Assembly: GCA_964016885.1 (NCBI GenBank)
Contig: OZ024742.1
Coordinates: 261,330,001 to 261,394,000 of the forward strand
Reading direction: 5' to 3'
Origin: Eledone cirrhosa
Taxonomy: Eukaryota
Length of the DNA: 64,000 nt
A program made the position numbers and the translations under genes. Below, in pieces: positions 23,957 through 37,592 of the stretch (position 1 is its first letter; the number at the start of each line of letters is the position of its first letter). The notes beneath the pieces were generated by a model. That model ran no database searches, was not told the DNA's origin, and saw nothing but the letters and a program-made list of their open reading frames with translations.

Positions 23957-26341
23957 CTAGGAAACGAAGGAGCGAAAGCTGTCAGCTGGGCCCGAGTGGC
24001 GGAGGCAAAAAGTGGCAACAAGTCCACGATTCGGTCTTTGAAAGACCAAAACGGACGCGTGCTACTTGACCCCAAGCAAATGTGCGCGGCCTTTCAGCGG
24101 CACTTTGCGCGACTGTTTGAGCAGAACGACGGTGAGCCGAACGGGGCAATGGACTTTAGTTCATACCTCGACGGCCTGCCGCGTCTCTCGAACACGGACG
24201 CCGAGTTCTGCGAAAGACCGATCACGGACACTGAGATACGGGACGCTCTGGGCCGCTGCGGGAAACGCAAGTCACCCGGTCTAGATGGTCTACCCTACGA
24301 ATTTTACATAGGCATGCCGGACTTGTTCTCTGGCGTCCTCGAAGCCGTCTACTGCAATTGGCAGCAGAACGGGAGAATTCCCAGTTCTGCAGGCAAGGGC
24401 GTAGTAACGCTGATCAGGGAAGACGAGAACAAGGGGGACGAAATTAACAACTTCAGGCCCATAACTCTGCTCAACACAGAGTTAAAGATTTTGGCCAAGG
24501 TGCTAGCGACGAGGTTGGCGCTTGTCGTCGAGAACCTGGTAGGGAAAGCGCAAACGTGTGCAATCCCGACCAGGTCCATACACGACAACCTCCACCTCAT
24601 GCGATACATCATAGAGAGGGTGGGTAGTAAACCCGGCTTCGGTGGGGCTCTGATCAACTTGGATCAGTCTAAGGCATTCGATAGGGTCGACCATCGATAC
24701 TTGGAAGCGGTTCTCAAGGCGGCCGGTTTCGGTCCCGTGTTCAGAGGATGGATCGAGGCGATGCACACCAGCATCTGCTCGAGGGTCAAGGTGAACGGCT
24801 ACCTATCGGAGCCGTTCGCAATCACGCGTTCCATTCGACAGGGATGCCCTCTCTCCTCCATTCTGTATGTATTGACTCTAGAGCCACTACTGCGGAAATT
24901 GGAGCTGTTGCAGGGCATCCCCCTAGAACCGGGACTGCGCAAAGCGGCGTCGGCTTATGCCGACGACGTGACAGTAATGGTGTCGAGCACCTCGGAAATC
25001 GGGGTGATCGGCAACATACTGAAAGAATACGAAACGCTGACGGGAGCAAAACTAAACCCAGACAAGTCTGTCGGTTTGCAACTCGGTACGTGGAGAGGCA
25101 AACCGATGACATCCGACAGCGTCGTTGGACGCTGGACGGACGGACCGGTGAAATTGCTCGGGGTCTGGTTCGGTCCAGACCTCCAGGTGGAGAAAAACTG
25201 GAACGAGGTCACGGCCAAGGTGTTTGCACTCACTCAGAAGTGGGCAGAGTGCAAACTGTCCTTGAAAGGTCGAGCGGAGGTGGCGAACACTTTCATAGCG
25301 TCCGTCATCTACTCCCGCTTGACTGTCGTGCCTTGTCCCCGTGAACACCTCGCCAAGATGGAACGCATGCTCTTCCAGTTTCTGTGGAAGAAGCAGGCTC
25401 CGCTGGTGAGGAGATCCGTCTGCTGTCAGCACCCTTCCAACGGAGGGCTGGGAATGCCGTGGCTGATGATGCGCAAACATGCGCTGAGGCTGCGGCATCT
25501 CCAGGTATTCCTCACCGACCCCCAACCGGTGTGGGCACCGTTTGTGAGACAGGCTTTCCCACAGCTCGTCTCGCTAACGGAGCTGCAGTCCTGGGTGAAG
25601 AAAAGACCGAAAACGATGGGCGCCTGGCACATTGAATGCGCTCAGGCGCTCACAGTCCTCTGGCAAGCGGGCGCAGCAATCAGTGGAGACTCCACTTCGA
25701 CATTCTATAGAGGGATTGTACGTTACAAGGGCAACGACGTGCTCGGAGAGACTCTGGGCGTCGAAGACGATGAGCTCACCAGTATGTTTGGTAGGACTTT
25801 CCGCCCGGGACCTATGGACAACTTCCAGAGGTCCCTGGCCTGGCAGTGCTACCGAGGAGCTCTACCGATTCGTGACAAGATCTACAGGCACGGACGCCCT
25901 GGCAGGGATCCTTCCAAGAGGACGTGTCCAAGATGTGCGCAGGACATTGAAACAGTTCTGCACGCAATTGTACACTGCCCGGGCGTAAGCGACCTGTGGA
26001 ACTATGCAGAACAACTGCTGTCGCGTATGGGACAAATACAGTTGACTGCCGAGTCCTTAGTAAGGATCAAACCGCCAGACTCTTTCAAAAACGAAAGAGA
26101 GGCGGTTTTCCTCTGTACGGTGGCTATGGTGAAAGAAGTTATATGGTGAACGAGGTTGAGAGGACTGAGGACAGATGCCTTTCTCTCCGGACAACAATTG
26201 ATTCCCTTCTTTAAGTATCACTTTAGAAGGAGAATCAGGGTGGAGAGAGAGGCACTGCACCCCAGTAAATTTACTGAAAGGTGGGTGAATGAAGCGAAAA
26301 TGTCCCGAGTGATTGGGCTTTCTCTGTTTATAAGCCTGTAG
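23957..26341 (+). pseudogene. Tx1-like ORF2 reverse transcriptase, open for ~730 codons with one nonsense change (TGA at 26147)
   Basis: Track ORF 23801-26149 (first ~52 codons are microsatellite/UTR read-through); reading continues in frame to 26341, where sister copies read WWTRLKG. Confidence 0.88.
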
Positions 26342-26575
26342 GTTGAGGAAGAGAGCAAAAGGAAGAAAGGAGCACTTGCACAACACGCTCCTTGAGTTGA
26401 GGGTTGTTCTATCGACGGGGTATTAAACAACCCATTTGTGGCGCCTCCCCCCTATTGGGGATTTCGATTGTTGAAATTGTTTGTTTTTATATTTTTTACA
26501 CGACTGTATGTAAAATCCCCGGCATGTCTTTGTATTGTCCCCTTTCTTGTTGCGCCCTTGTGGCTAATAAAGAAA
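23957..26575 (+). mobile_element. Tx1/L1-clade LINE, 5'-truncated, in (CTAT)n
   Basis: KSPGLDGLPYEFY, NFRPITLLNTELKILAK, LDQSKAFDRVDH, RQGCPLS, AYADD, C-terminal CPRC..ETVLHAIVHC; AATAAA then (ATCT)n tail. Confidence 0.93.
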
Positions 26576-26596
26576 TCTATCTATCTATCTATCTAT

Positions 26597-27110
26597 CTCG
26601 GAGAAGATAGACGTGTTTTTGTTTCGCTCCTGCAGTTTTCCTTTGTGTGATAGCTATGGCGAAAGAGGTTGTATGGTGGACAAGGTTGAAAGGGCTGAGG
26701 TCAGACACCTTTCTCTCCGGCCAACAACTGATTCTTTTTTTCAAATACCACTTTGGAAGAAGAATCAGGATGGAGAGAGAGGTGCTGTACCCCAGCAAGT
26801 TTTATGAAAGGTGGGTGAAAGTGGCGAGAATGGCCCGAGTGAATGGGCCTTCTCTCTATATCAGCCTGTAGGTTGAGGAAAAGGAGGAGGAGAGGAAAGG
26901 AGTACAAGCTCTTCGTACTCCTGGAGATGAGGGTTGCACATTTTTTTCGGGGGTCTGTGTTACCCATATAAACTGTCTCCCTCTATTGGGGAAAATCGAC
27001 TAACTTTTAAATTCCATCTGTGATAACATTTTACACGTTTTTATTGTATGTAAACTTCCCCCTTTGTATTTGTCCCCTTCTTTTGTGCCCCTGTGGCTAA
27101 TAAAGAAATA
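26597..27110 (+). mobile_element. Internally deleted Tx1-like mini-element (5' ~35 bp + 3' ~470 bp)
   Basis: CTCGGAGAAGATAGACGTGTTTTTGTTTCGCTCCTGCA matches the 27135 head and joins directly to the ORF2 C-terminus; (CTAT)n on both sides. Confidence 0.85.
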
Positions 27111-27339
27111 TATCTATCTATCTATCTATCTATCTCGGAGAAGGTAGACGTGTTTTTGTTTCGCTCCTGCATTTTGTCGGAATTTATTACGAGAAGCGGT
27201 AGGTCTGTTTAAGTAATTTGTTATTTGTTGTGTTTAACCCCTCGCCTGGGCCTGCAGACGTTGGGTAAAATAAATGTTGCCCCTTTTTGGGGCGAAATTT
27301 GAGAGTTATAAATTGTCGATAAAAAGTCGTTTAGTGACA

Positions 27340-29134
27340 ATGGACGCCATTAACACGACGCATGCCCCCCCCCCCCCCGGAAAGTGATAGAGAGAAGGTA
27401 GCAGCACAACGCTGTAAGCCTTCCCTCCTCACTCCCGCAAAAGACACCACGGAATCAAAAGAAAAAATTGTGGAAATGGGTGAAAACCCCAAAGTAACAA
27501 TTACACAAACAAGAACAACAATGACAATAACAACACAACCAACAACAGCAACAATGACAATAACAACACAACCAACAACAGCAATAATGACAACACCAAC
27601 AAAGGAAAAAAAGCAAACCAACACGAATAACAACAACAATGATAACAACACGAAAGAAAACGGACCCACAGATGCAGTCTTCTTCGCAGTCTTCTGGACA
27701 TCTCGAATGCCAAGAAATTGCTGAAAGAAGCAAGGAATTGTGTAAGTTTCGGGGAAGGTAGGGAATTCACAATTACCTCCCCCGAAGAAATTAGAAGGGA
27801 CACAGTCCTCAGGACCGTAATCTTTAGGACAGTTTCGAACACGACTAGGAAACCGGCTCAATTGTTCCAAAGCGAAATTGAGCTGGTCCTAAGTAGTGCC
27901 TGGAAGGATATCGCTTTCATACAGAAAGGGAAATTGTATGGAAGCATATCTGTTTTAATGCAAGATGAATTGGCGGCACGGAAATATTTTGTGTCGCCAA
28001 TTGTATCCAAAGCATACACCTTTTCCCCCACATATTTGGGGAAAAGAACTCAAAAGATAAGAATCTCGGGCATCAGGCCAAATGTGAGCATTTGGTGGAT
28101 GCTAACGGGATTCTTAGAAGATGAGGACACAATCCTTTCGATAGGCGAATACACCGGGGGCGTATTCGGCGGCAATAGCCTTGAAGTTCTGGTCCAAATG
28201 AGACCAGAACGGATAGCAAGAATACCGCAGCGTGTGTCCCTGGATGGAGTCGCCTTCATAAACATTTCTGTTGAGGGCAGGCGGCCTTCATGCTACCACT
28301 GTTCAAGAAGTGGTCACCTGAGGGCTTCCTGTCCCCTTTTAAATCCCCCCCCAAAGACGCTTCTGCCCACCCCACACACAACAACACAACCACCACCACC
28401 ACAACAACAACAACCACAGTACACGAAAAAATAACAACACAAGACACTGTCCCACCCAACGGCTCCCCACCTAAAACAAATACAAAATCAACCACAACAA
28501 AACCCCCAAATATACCCCTCCCAACAACACGGACGAGGACCCCTTATCAACGTCACCCAGTGACGACGAGGGAGAACCCTTTCAACCGGTAAAAAGAAAG
28601 AAAAGAAGGCACCACATCAACAAAAATGCAACAAACGCACAACCACCAGCACAAACAGAACAAACATCACAAACAAAAAAACCCACCCCTCCCGAAAACA
28701 TAACACATACTACAAAACGCAAACACACACAAGAACAACAAACAAAAACAAACACAACACAACAAAAACAGTATACATACATCAACACAAACAACAAAAC
28801 ACTTGTGCAAACAATAGACAAAGACCCTTCGGTGGAAACCGAAGGGAAAATGCTCACCAACGCGGCGACTAAACCGCATTTAAAAATGATTAGGGTCCCA
28901 AGGGACTCCTACGCAATGCTCAAACAGAACTTCCCCGAGGACGTGGGGAACACCTGCACTAGACCTAGCAACCGCGTCCTCTTGAAATGTTTCCCCACCA
29001 CCACCCCAGACACCCCTCCCCCATCAAACACCCCCACCCCACCAAACAACCCCGCTGACACCCCCATGGAAATTGTGCAGCCTGGTTCCCAGGAGAAGGA
29101 CAGGTACGTGTCTTTTCCTTTTTCTCCACTCTAA
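27340..29134 (+). pseudogene. LINE ORF1 (gag-like, zinc knuckle), frameshifted
   Basis: VEGRRPSCYHCSRSGHLRASCP (CX2CX4HX4C) in ORF 27718-28434, Thr/Pro/Gln-rich flanks. Confidence 0.8.
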
Positions 29135-29150
29135 ACTCTTCACCACCAAC

Positions 29151-31993
29151 ATGGCTGTTATAAGAGTTGGATGTTTAAATGTGCGCGGCCTGGGGATGTC
29201 CTGGAAGCAGGGCAAACTCTTAAATGACTTCAGGTCGCACAGAATGGATGTGATAACTATTTGCGAGTCCAGGATTAGCAGCGAGCACCAACTGGCCTCC
29301 ATCTTCGACGACTTTGAGATCTATGCATCTCTCTGTCAGCCGGCGGTGCGGGCGGGGTGGTCGTACTGCTGCGAAAACACCTGGGCCTCGCAACACGGAA
29401 GGAAGGTCGACTGGTGGTTCTAGACGTCGGCAGTAGTGAAGGTGGAGCCTTCAGGCTGGTGGCAGCGTATGCCCCATCTGGGACACCGCGACCGGACTTC
29501 TTCCAGCGCCTAGAGACTTTTCTGGGAACGTCTCGCTCCTTGCTTTTAGTGGGGAACTGGAATGGTATCCAGGATGCACGTTGGGACTATGTAGGGGCAT
29601 GTCCCGATAGAGGGAAGGGGGGTGCAACAGCCTCAAACGGTTAATCGTCCGATTTGATCTGGCCGATAGATATCGACTAGATTTTCCGACTGTGCCACTG
29701 TGGACGTGGACTAATCGTAGCGGAACATCTAGGTCGTACCTAGATAGGTTCCTAGTTAGAAATAAGGATAGGGACATATTAAGCTGTCCACGAATGTTCA
29801 TGGTTGACTATTCGGATCACAAGTTGGTGACCGGAGTGGTCAACCTTGATAGAACCCATAGACAAGGACCCGGTTACTGGAAGCTAAACTTGTCCTTACC
29901 GACAAACAAAGCTTACAGTAAGCGGATTAGCACGCTAGTTAAGCAGCGGTTGACGGGGGCAATTGTCAACAGCAGGTGGTGGGGCTCTCTCAAGAGAGAA
30001 ATTAGAATAGAATTGATAGGTTTTAGTCAGCAATTAACATCAGATAGGAATAGAACTGAAAGGGAATTGATAGATAGAGTAGAAGAGGCGATTAGGAGTG
30101 GCAACGTGGCTGGCGTGCTGGCGTCAAGAACGGCCCTATATCAGTTCTTTGACGCGGAGCACGAGGGCTGCGTTGTCAGGAGTAAAATACGTGCTCTGGG
30201 TAACGAGGGAGCCGAAGCTGTTAGCTGGGCCCGAGTGACAGAGGCAAAAAGTGGAATTCCCAGTTCTGTGACCAAGGGCGTAGTCACGCTGGTGAGGAAG
30301 GACGAGAACAAGGGGGATCACATAGATAACTTCAGGCCCATAACTCTGCTAAACACAGAGTTAAAGATTTGGGCCAAGGTGTTAGCGAAGAGGTTGGCGC
30401 TTGTCGTCGGGAACCGGTGGGAGATGCGCAGACATGCGCAACACCTGCTCGATGGTCAAGGTGAACGGCTACCTCTCGGAGCCGTTCCAAATCGCGCGAT
30501 CCATCCGACAGGGATGCCCTCTCTCCTCCCTTCTGTATGTGCTGGCTCTCGAGCCACTACTGCGGAAGTTGGAGCTGTTGTAGGGAATCCCCCTGGAACT
30601 GGGATAGCGGAAAGCGGTGTCGGCCTACGCCGATGACGTGATAGTAATGGTGTCGTGCGCCTCGGAAATCGAGCAGATCGGCACCTTACTGGAGGAATAC
30701 GGAAGGTTTACAGGAGCCAAGCTGAACCGGGACAAGTCCATCGGTTTGCAACTCGGAATGTGGAGAGGCAAACCGATGTCCTCCGACGGCGTCGTCGGAC
30801 GCTGGACGGAGGGACCGGTGAAGCTGCTCGGGGTCTGGTTCGGATCGGACCTCCAGGTGGAGAAAAACTGGGACGAGGTAACGGGCAGGGTGTATGCACT
30901 CGCCCCCAAACTATCCCTGAAAGGTCGAGCGCAGGTGGTGAACACTTATATAGCGTCCATCATCTGCTACCGCTTGACCGTCGTGCCTTGCCCAGCGAAA
31001 ACGTTCGCCAAAAGGGAGCGCGCGCTCTTCCGATTTCTTTGGAAGAAGCGGGCCCTTTTGTTGAGAAGATCCATCTACTGTCAACACCCTTCGAATGGAG
31101 GGCTGGGGATACCGTGGTTGACGATGCGTAGACACGCATTAAGGCTACGGTACCTCCAGGTATTCCTCGCCGGTCAGCGGGTGTGGGCCCCTTTTGTGAG
31201 GCGAGCCTTTCCGGGACTCGTCTCACTCACCGAGCTGCAATCCTGGGTCAAGCAAAGACCTAGAAAAGTGAGCGACTGGCACATTGAATGTGCCCAGGCG
31301 CTCACGGCCCTCTGGCAAGCTGATCTGGCAATCAGTGGAGACTCAACCTCAACATTCTATAGAGGGTTGGTGCGCAGCAAGTGCGACGACGCTCTCGGAG
31401 AGGCTCTGGGCATGGAGGAAGACGAGCTAGCCAGTCTGTTCGGTAGGACGTTTGGCCCGGGACCGATGGGCAACTTCCGAAAGTCCCTGGCTTGGCAGTG
31501 CTACCGAGGAGCTCTACTAGTTCGGGACAAGCTCTACAGATACGGGTGCCCGGGTAGGGACCCCTCGAAGAAGATCTGTCCGAGATGCGTGCATGACGAG
31601 GAAACCGTCGCGCACGCATTCGTACACTACCCGGGCGTTGCTGACCTGTGGGGCTATGTGGAACGACTACTGTCGCGGGTGGGACCAATCCGGTTGACCA
31701 CCGAGTACATTGTCACGATCAAACCGCCTCCCCCCTTCAAAAACGAAGGAGAGGCGGTTTTCCTCTGTGTGATAGCTATGGCAAAAGAGGTTGTATGGTG
31801 GACGAGGTTGAAAGGGCTGAGGTCAGACACTTTTCTCTCCGGCCAACAACAGGTCCTTTTTTTCAAGTACCATTTTAGAAGAAGGATCAGAATGGAGAGA
31901 GAGGTGTTCTACCCCAGTAAGTTTTATGAAAGATGGGTGAAAGTGGCGAGAATGGCCCGAGTGAATGGGCATTCTCTCTATATCAGCCTGTAG
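29151..31993 (+). pseudogene. LINE ORF2 (APE endonuclease + RT), frameshifted, with deletions near 30255 and 30440 relative to the 23957 copy
   Basis: Start MAVIRVGCLNVRGL; track ORFs 29692-30636, 30401-30583, 30617-31993. Confidence 0.9.
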
Positions 31994-32259
31994 GTGAGAG
32001 AGGAGAAGAGGGAGGAGAGGAAGGGAGCACCCGCTCTTTGTGCTCCCGAGGAGGAGGGTTGCACATTTTTTTCAGGGGTGTGTGCGACCCACGTCAACGC
32101 CCCCTCCCTATTGAGGACTTCGATTGTTGAATTTGATTTGTTATATGTTTTTACACGTCCTTTTAAATGTATGTAACCCCCCCCCCCCCTTGTACTTTTG
32201 TATTTGTCCCAATCTTTGATGCCCTGGCGGCAAAAAAAAATAGAAAGTTTTCTATCTAT

Positions 32260-32655
32260 TTCTCCGGCCAACAACTGATTCTTTTTTTCAAATACCACTT
32301 TGGAAGAAGAATCAGGATGGAGAGAGAGGTGCTGTACCCCAGCAAGTTTTATGAAGGGTGGGTGAAAGTGGCGAGAATGGCCCGAGTGAATGGGCCTTTT
32401 CTCTATATCAGCCTGTAGGTTGAGGAAAAAGAGAAAGAGAGGAAATGGGTACAAACTCTTCGTACTCCTGGAGATGAGCGTTGCACATTTTTTCGTGGGT
32501 ATGTGTTACCCATATGAAATGTCTCCCCCTATTGGGGAAAATCGATTAATTTTTAAATTGCATTTGTGATAGTATTTTACACGTTTTTATTGTATGTAAA
32601 CTTCCCCCTTTGTATTTGTCCCCTTCTTCTGTGCCCCTGTGGCTAATAAAGAAAC
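32260..32655 (+). mobile_element. Tx1-like LINE 3' fragment
   Basis: Closely matches 26712-27110; ends AATAAAGAAACATAT(CTAT)n. Confidence 0.9.
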
Positions 32656-32674
32656 ATATCTATCTATCTATCTA

Positions 32675-33460
32675 GGGCTCCGCAAAGACCATAAGACAGC
32701 CGACGACCCGACGACAGGACCACCAACATGACCTGTATGCGAGCCAATATTGCTAGCAACTACAGGATCTCCTACTTCCTCTCAATGGTTATACGCCCCA
32801 TAATTAAGATGTCCCCAGATGTATGTGACAGTACAGAGGACCTCCTCAGCATAATCAATGAGTGCAACAAAAACAAAAACTTATCTAACTGCATAATAGG
32901 CAGTATGGATGTGCTATCACTGTACCCATCCATTAACATTGATTTTGCTGTGGAAACAGGTAGAGTTCTGCGACGTCGACACAGATGAACTGGGCCTCCT
33001 ACTTAGACTTACTTATGACATCGAGTACCTAGATAGCCATGACATTAGCCGTTTCTGTCCCAGTAGACCCATAAGAGGTAGACCCCCCACCATAACCTTA
33101 ATGGTAAAAAAGACTCCCATGGGAAGGTGGAATGGGTGGACCAAAACCATATGGACACCCCAAAACAAGGATCAGGTGAGAAAAATGGTCGCGCATGCAA
33201 TAGGGGCTAGTATGAAAACTACCCTCAAGGGCCATATGTTTAAATTCAATGAAAAGATCTACACCCAGAATGAGGGAGCAGCCATTGGCGTCAGCATAGC
33301 TGGCGATGTTGTCAATCTATTTATGGTATGGTGGGAGAGGAGACTCAAAGATCTCCTTGAAGAGAGCTCCATAGACCTCGTCATGTACTCTCGTTACGTA
33401 GACGCTATTAATATAGTAATAAGAACACCCACACAAGAGAGTACTAATGAACATAATTTA
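32675..33460 (+). pseudogene. Penelope-like element reverse transcriptase fragment
   Basis: GLRKDHK..GPPT(R)PVC, IGSMDVLSLYPSI, HMFKFNEKIYTQNEGAAIG, YSRYVD; homologous to 60900-61630. Confidence 0.8.
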
Positions 33461-34124
33461 GAACAAAGGTTCTCAACGGGGGTGCATATGCCGCGGGCGC
33501 TAGGGGGGGGGGGGGGGCACTGGAAGGCTATTTACTTAAGTAAGTTTTATAAGCCATATTTGTAAGTCTCTAAGACAGCCAGCGTGAATGCATTTGAATG
33601 AAGAAAACACAAAATATAAATAATAGAAGCTTGTTAACGAATTCCCTAGGGAGACAAAAGAAAAACGAAAGAAATCAAAGAAAATGAAAATAAGGACAAC
33701 TTCAACTTTGACAAGTTACAAGAACAACAGAAATGACAAGAAAAAGAAGCAATGGTGATGAAAGGTGTGGGTGTATACATATACATACATACAATCATAC
33801 ACACACATGCATAAATACATACACATATATACACACACAGGTCGGCGTTAGTGTTTGATGAGGTTGAGAGTCTGGTCAGCTTTCAGCCAGAGCTGGGGTA
33901 TTTAATCTCCCTAGGTAATAAAATCTGGAGACAACATTTTCTCCTTACCAAAAAAACAAACATAAATCATGTCAACATCCTTACATCCTTACACACTTAA
34001 ATATAAATGCATGTATATATACAAATGTATAAATGCATAGCTATATTTACATAGCTATATATACATAGCTATATATATACATAGGTAAATGTATGTATGT
34101 ATATATGTATGTATGTATGTAGAT

Positions 34125-34367
<243 letters not shown>

Positions 34368-34372
34368 TTATA

Positions 34373-34825
34373 CTATCAGAGGTACCCGGCGTTGCTCGGA
34401 TATTAAATAGCAGTTGTGTATACCATTTATGTCAATACTTCAGTGCTGTTTCGAAAACTATACTTTTACAAAATCATCCGCTTTTTCGAAAAGGGGGTTC
34501 CTGCCCCCAGGGGTCTCCTACCCAATATGTGCCAATTCTGAGAGTTCACATTCATCTGTAGGAGAAATGTAGCCCATGTGTCAAGTTTTGTGAAAATCGG
34601 TTGCGAACTCCAGAAGTTATGACGTTTTGTTGCATTGCACTGCAGTGCTTCAGTCGACTACAAGGAAGTGGTTAAAGTGGTTAAAGGGGTTATCTGCCGG
34701 GGGGCCCTATAATCAATATCTGGAAAAATGACAGTGTCCTTGACCATCCGGAGTACATAAGTAACCTGTCTTAAGTTTGGTGAAAATACTGTAGAAATGC
34801 ATAAGGTTTATACATACGCGCGCGC

Positions 34826-34856
<31 letters not shown>

Positions 34857-36050
34857 TGTGTATTTGTGTGTGCGTATGTATGTGTATGTCCGTCGGGGCA
34901 TACGTATGTACTGGCCTAAATCTTCACTATTTACTTTTACTATTTTAATAACCTCTGTCATTTTCGTTTTCAATTTTATTTACATCATTCTTAAACTCCG
35001 GGGCTGGAAATCATTCTGTTATTTTAAATAGAATATTAGTCTAACGACTCCATTTATACCATAAACTTGGTCTTGTCTTTGCATGAAATTGTTCTTCACA
35101 CTCCACCTAACGATGTATTATCCTCGCTTTTTTCCCGTTCATTGCCAGGGAACGTCTTCACGAACCAAAATATCGTCTTCCTGTTTTCGTTCGGTTGCAA
35201 CGTTTCTCGAAATATTTACTTCTGCGTTCACAGATTACTCTCAGTTCAATTTGAATGGGAAATTCCTGTTTCATCGATTTTCTCCGTAACCATGGAAGCT
35301 TGTAGTAGCCAAAAGTTTATTAACAGCGAAATAACGTTGTCTTTGATGTTATTTTAAATAAGACAATGAATTGAAAAATACTACTTACTGTTAGTGGTGG
35401 TTAACATGTATTAGAATTAAAATGAAAATGATATCTGAAAAAACGTACTTGAGAACATGACTCCCTTCTTCGCAATTTAAGGGTTTTATTTCTTTTGATG
35501 GAAAACAGTGGCTGTTTTCGGTTTGGCATTTCGTAAAATGGTACTGCAGAATTGATTTCATAAAACGGTACTGTATGATAGTTTACACTTTGATTGCCCT
35601 GGTCAGCAAGAGGGGCCTCTATATATTAGAAGAGGGGGAAATAACAAACCCCAGTATTAGAACAGGGGGTTCGCAATGTAAGGGTTTTATTTCTTTTGTT
35701 AGAAAACAGTTACCTTTTTCGTTTTGGCATTTCGTAAAATTCTACTGCAGAATCGATTTCATAAAACAGTACTGTATGACCGTTATAGAATTATTTAAAT
35801 TTAATATAGAGCAATTGTATTTTAAAAATGAAAATGAAACGTACTGTAGTAGCCAAAAGTTTATTAACAGCGAAATAACGTTGTCTTTGATATGTTTTTT
35901 TTAGACAAAAGTATTAGAACAGGGGGAAATAACTCACCGATAGTTTTGGGGCCCCATGGACCACATTTTTCAAGTTAGAGATTTGAAACCTCATCTATTT
36001 GCTTCCTTGGCACTTTTTACATAGGTGTGTAAATTTTCATGTCTGTCCGA
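34373..36050 (-). mobile_element. Non-autonomous Helitron (inverted relative of 5603-6673)
   Basis: CCCGGCGTTGCTCGG hairpin with a degenerate CTAG end at 34373; ~920 bp homologous to 5760-6673; internal duplications in 35300-35900. Confidence 0.8.
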
Positions 36051-36260
36051 CCAGGTCTACTACCATTTAACCGTGAACATCTGAATTTAAGCCACCGCTC
36101 ATTTCACAAATATATATTAGATATGTCTGTGTGTGTCTTTGCGTTTGTGTTTGCGCTCCCACCAATGCTTGTTGGTTTGTTGACGTCCCCATAACTAACC
36201 AAGGTGATGCTCCAGCATGGGCGTAGTCCAGAGAAAAAAAGTAAAATGTATATATATATA

Positions 36261-36313
<53 letters not shown>

Positions 36314-36414
36314 AAGAGAGGTCTCAAACTGATGGACATAAAAGGGCCATTACGTCCTGGAGGAGAGGCACAGTAGGCCAAACGTGGTGGCGGATGATGA
36401 TTTTCACCGGTTAT

Positions 36415-36631
36415 AATCATTTCTACTATAGGCATAAGGCATGAAATTTAGGGTTTAGGGTCCCGTCGATTACATCGAGCCCAGTTCACAACTGGTACTT
36501 AATTCATCGACCCCAAAAGGGTGAAAGGCAAAGTTGAGATCGGCGGAATTTGAACTCGGAACGTAAAAACGGAAGAAGTACCGCTAAGCATTTCGCCAGA
36601 TGTGGTAACGATTCCACCAGCTCACCGCCTT
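36415..36631 (-). mobile_element. SINE related to family A (older subfamily)
   Basis: Minus strand AGGCGGTGAGCTGG head, GAGTTCAAATTCCGCC B box, CTTTGCCTTTCACCC..GGGGTCGAT body. Confidence 0.75.
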
Positions 36632-36807
36632 ATTTCACCAGTTATAATGGAATCTGAAATATTGGTTCTACCACGGGCCATAGAAAAGTAGTTCGCGGAC
36701 CGTATGTGTGAGCCCCCTGTTGGAGATATAGATAGACGTGTACCAAACACACACACACACACATTTCTTACTCTCTGTGTCTCTTCCCCCTCTCTCTCGC
36801 TCTCTCA

Positions 36808-36940
<133 letters not shown>

Positions 36941-36947
36941 ATATATG

Positions 36948-37013
<66 letters not shown>

Positions 37014-37067
37014 TATATATATATATATATATATACATACATATATGTACATATATATACATACATA

Positions 37068-37245
37068 TATTTGGGAGCCCCTACATGGACACACTAGAAG
37101 AGGAAGACCAAGGTTAACGTATGTTGATGCCCTAAGGACAGACACTGGTCTGTTGGAGACGCAGGACATGGCAGCGATAATGAGGGACAGAGACCGCTGG
37201 AGAGAACTCGTCCATGGATCTCGGGAATTTTACCCGCCTTAGAAA
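37068..37245 (+). mobile_element. RTE-group LINE 3' fragment
   Basis: [37 protein letters not shown], typical RTE C-terminus. Confidence 0.7.
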
Positions 37246-37250
37246 TAGAA

Positions 37251-37294
<44 letters not shown>

Positions 37295-37308
37295 TATATA
37301 TGTATATA

Positions 37309-37349
<41 letters not shown>

Positions 37350-37370
<21 letters not shown>

Positions 37371-37592
37371 CCTTTAAATTTAATATATACTCCCGTAAGG
37401 TTGAGTAAAACTTTAGGTAGTATTCGGCTTCGCTTTCTAGCAACCAGCCTACTCGCCGGCAGGCTCCAATCACAAATTTTCTGCCTTGACCGCTAGCCAC
37501 GTGATAGTTCTTAGCCATTTTGAATTCATTTCTGGCGGGGATCATGGTAGAAAAAACTTATTCCGGTCTGAGGTATCTCGTGAAGAGTTCCA
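37350..37592 (+). mobile_element. Second copy of the 3226-3510 element, truncated at the start of its hammerhead core
   Basis: Inverted match to 3330-3510; ends GTATCTC GTGAAGA GTTC, then a Tx1 fragment (37594-37700, minus strand). Confidence 0.65.

Larger units (their letters stand above)
27135..32240 (+). mobile_element. Tx1/L1-clade LINE, full-length outline with internal deletions
   Basis: 5' UTR, ORF1 with CCHC knuckle, ORF2 with APE endonuclease (LNVRGL, ICES, AYAP, GNWN, SYLDRF, SDHK) and RT; begins in (CTAT)n. Confidence 0.93.

Noticed and set aside
24748-25525. Overlapping alternative-frame and antisense ORFs within the Tx1 RT
   Set aside because: Expected by-product of GC-rich coding sequence; no recognisable domains.
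32728-32732. In-frame TGA as a selenocysteine codon in the Penelope-like RT
   Set aside because: Aligns to CGA (Arg) in the second copy and lies next to frameshifts; ordinary decay.
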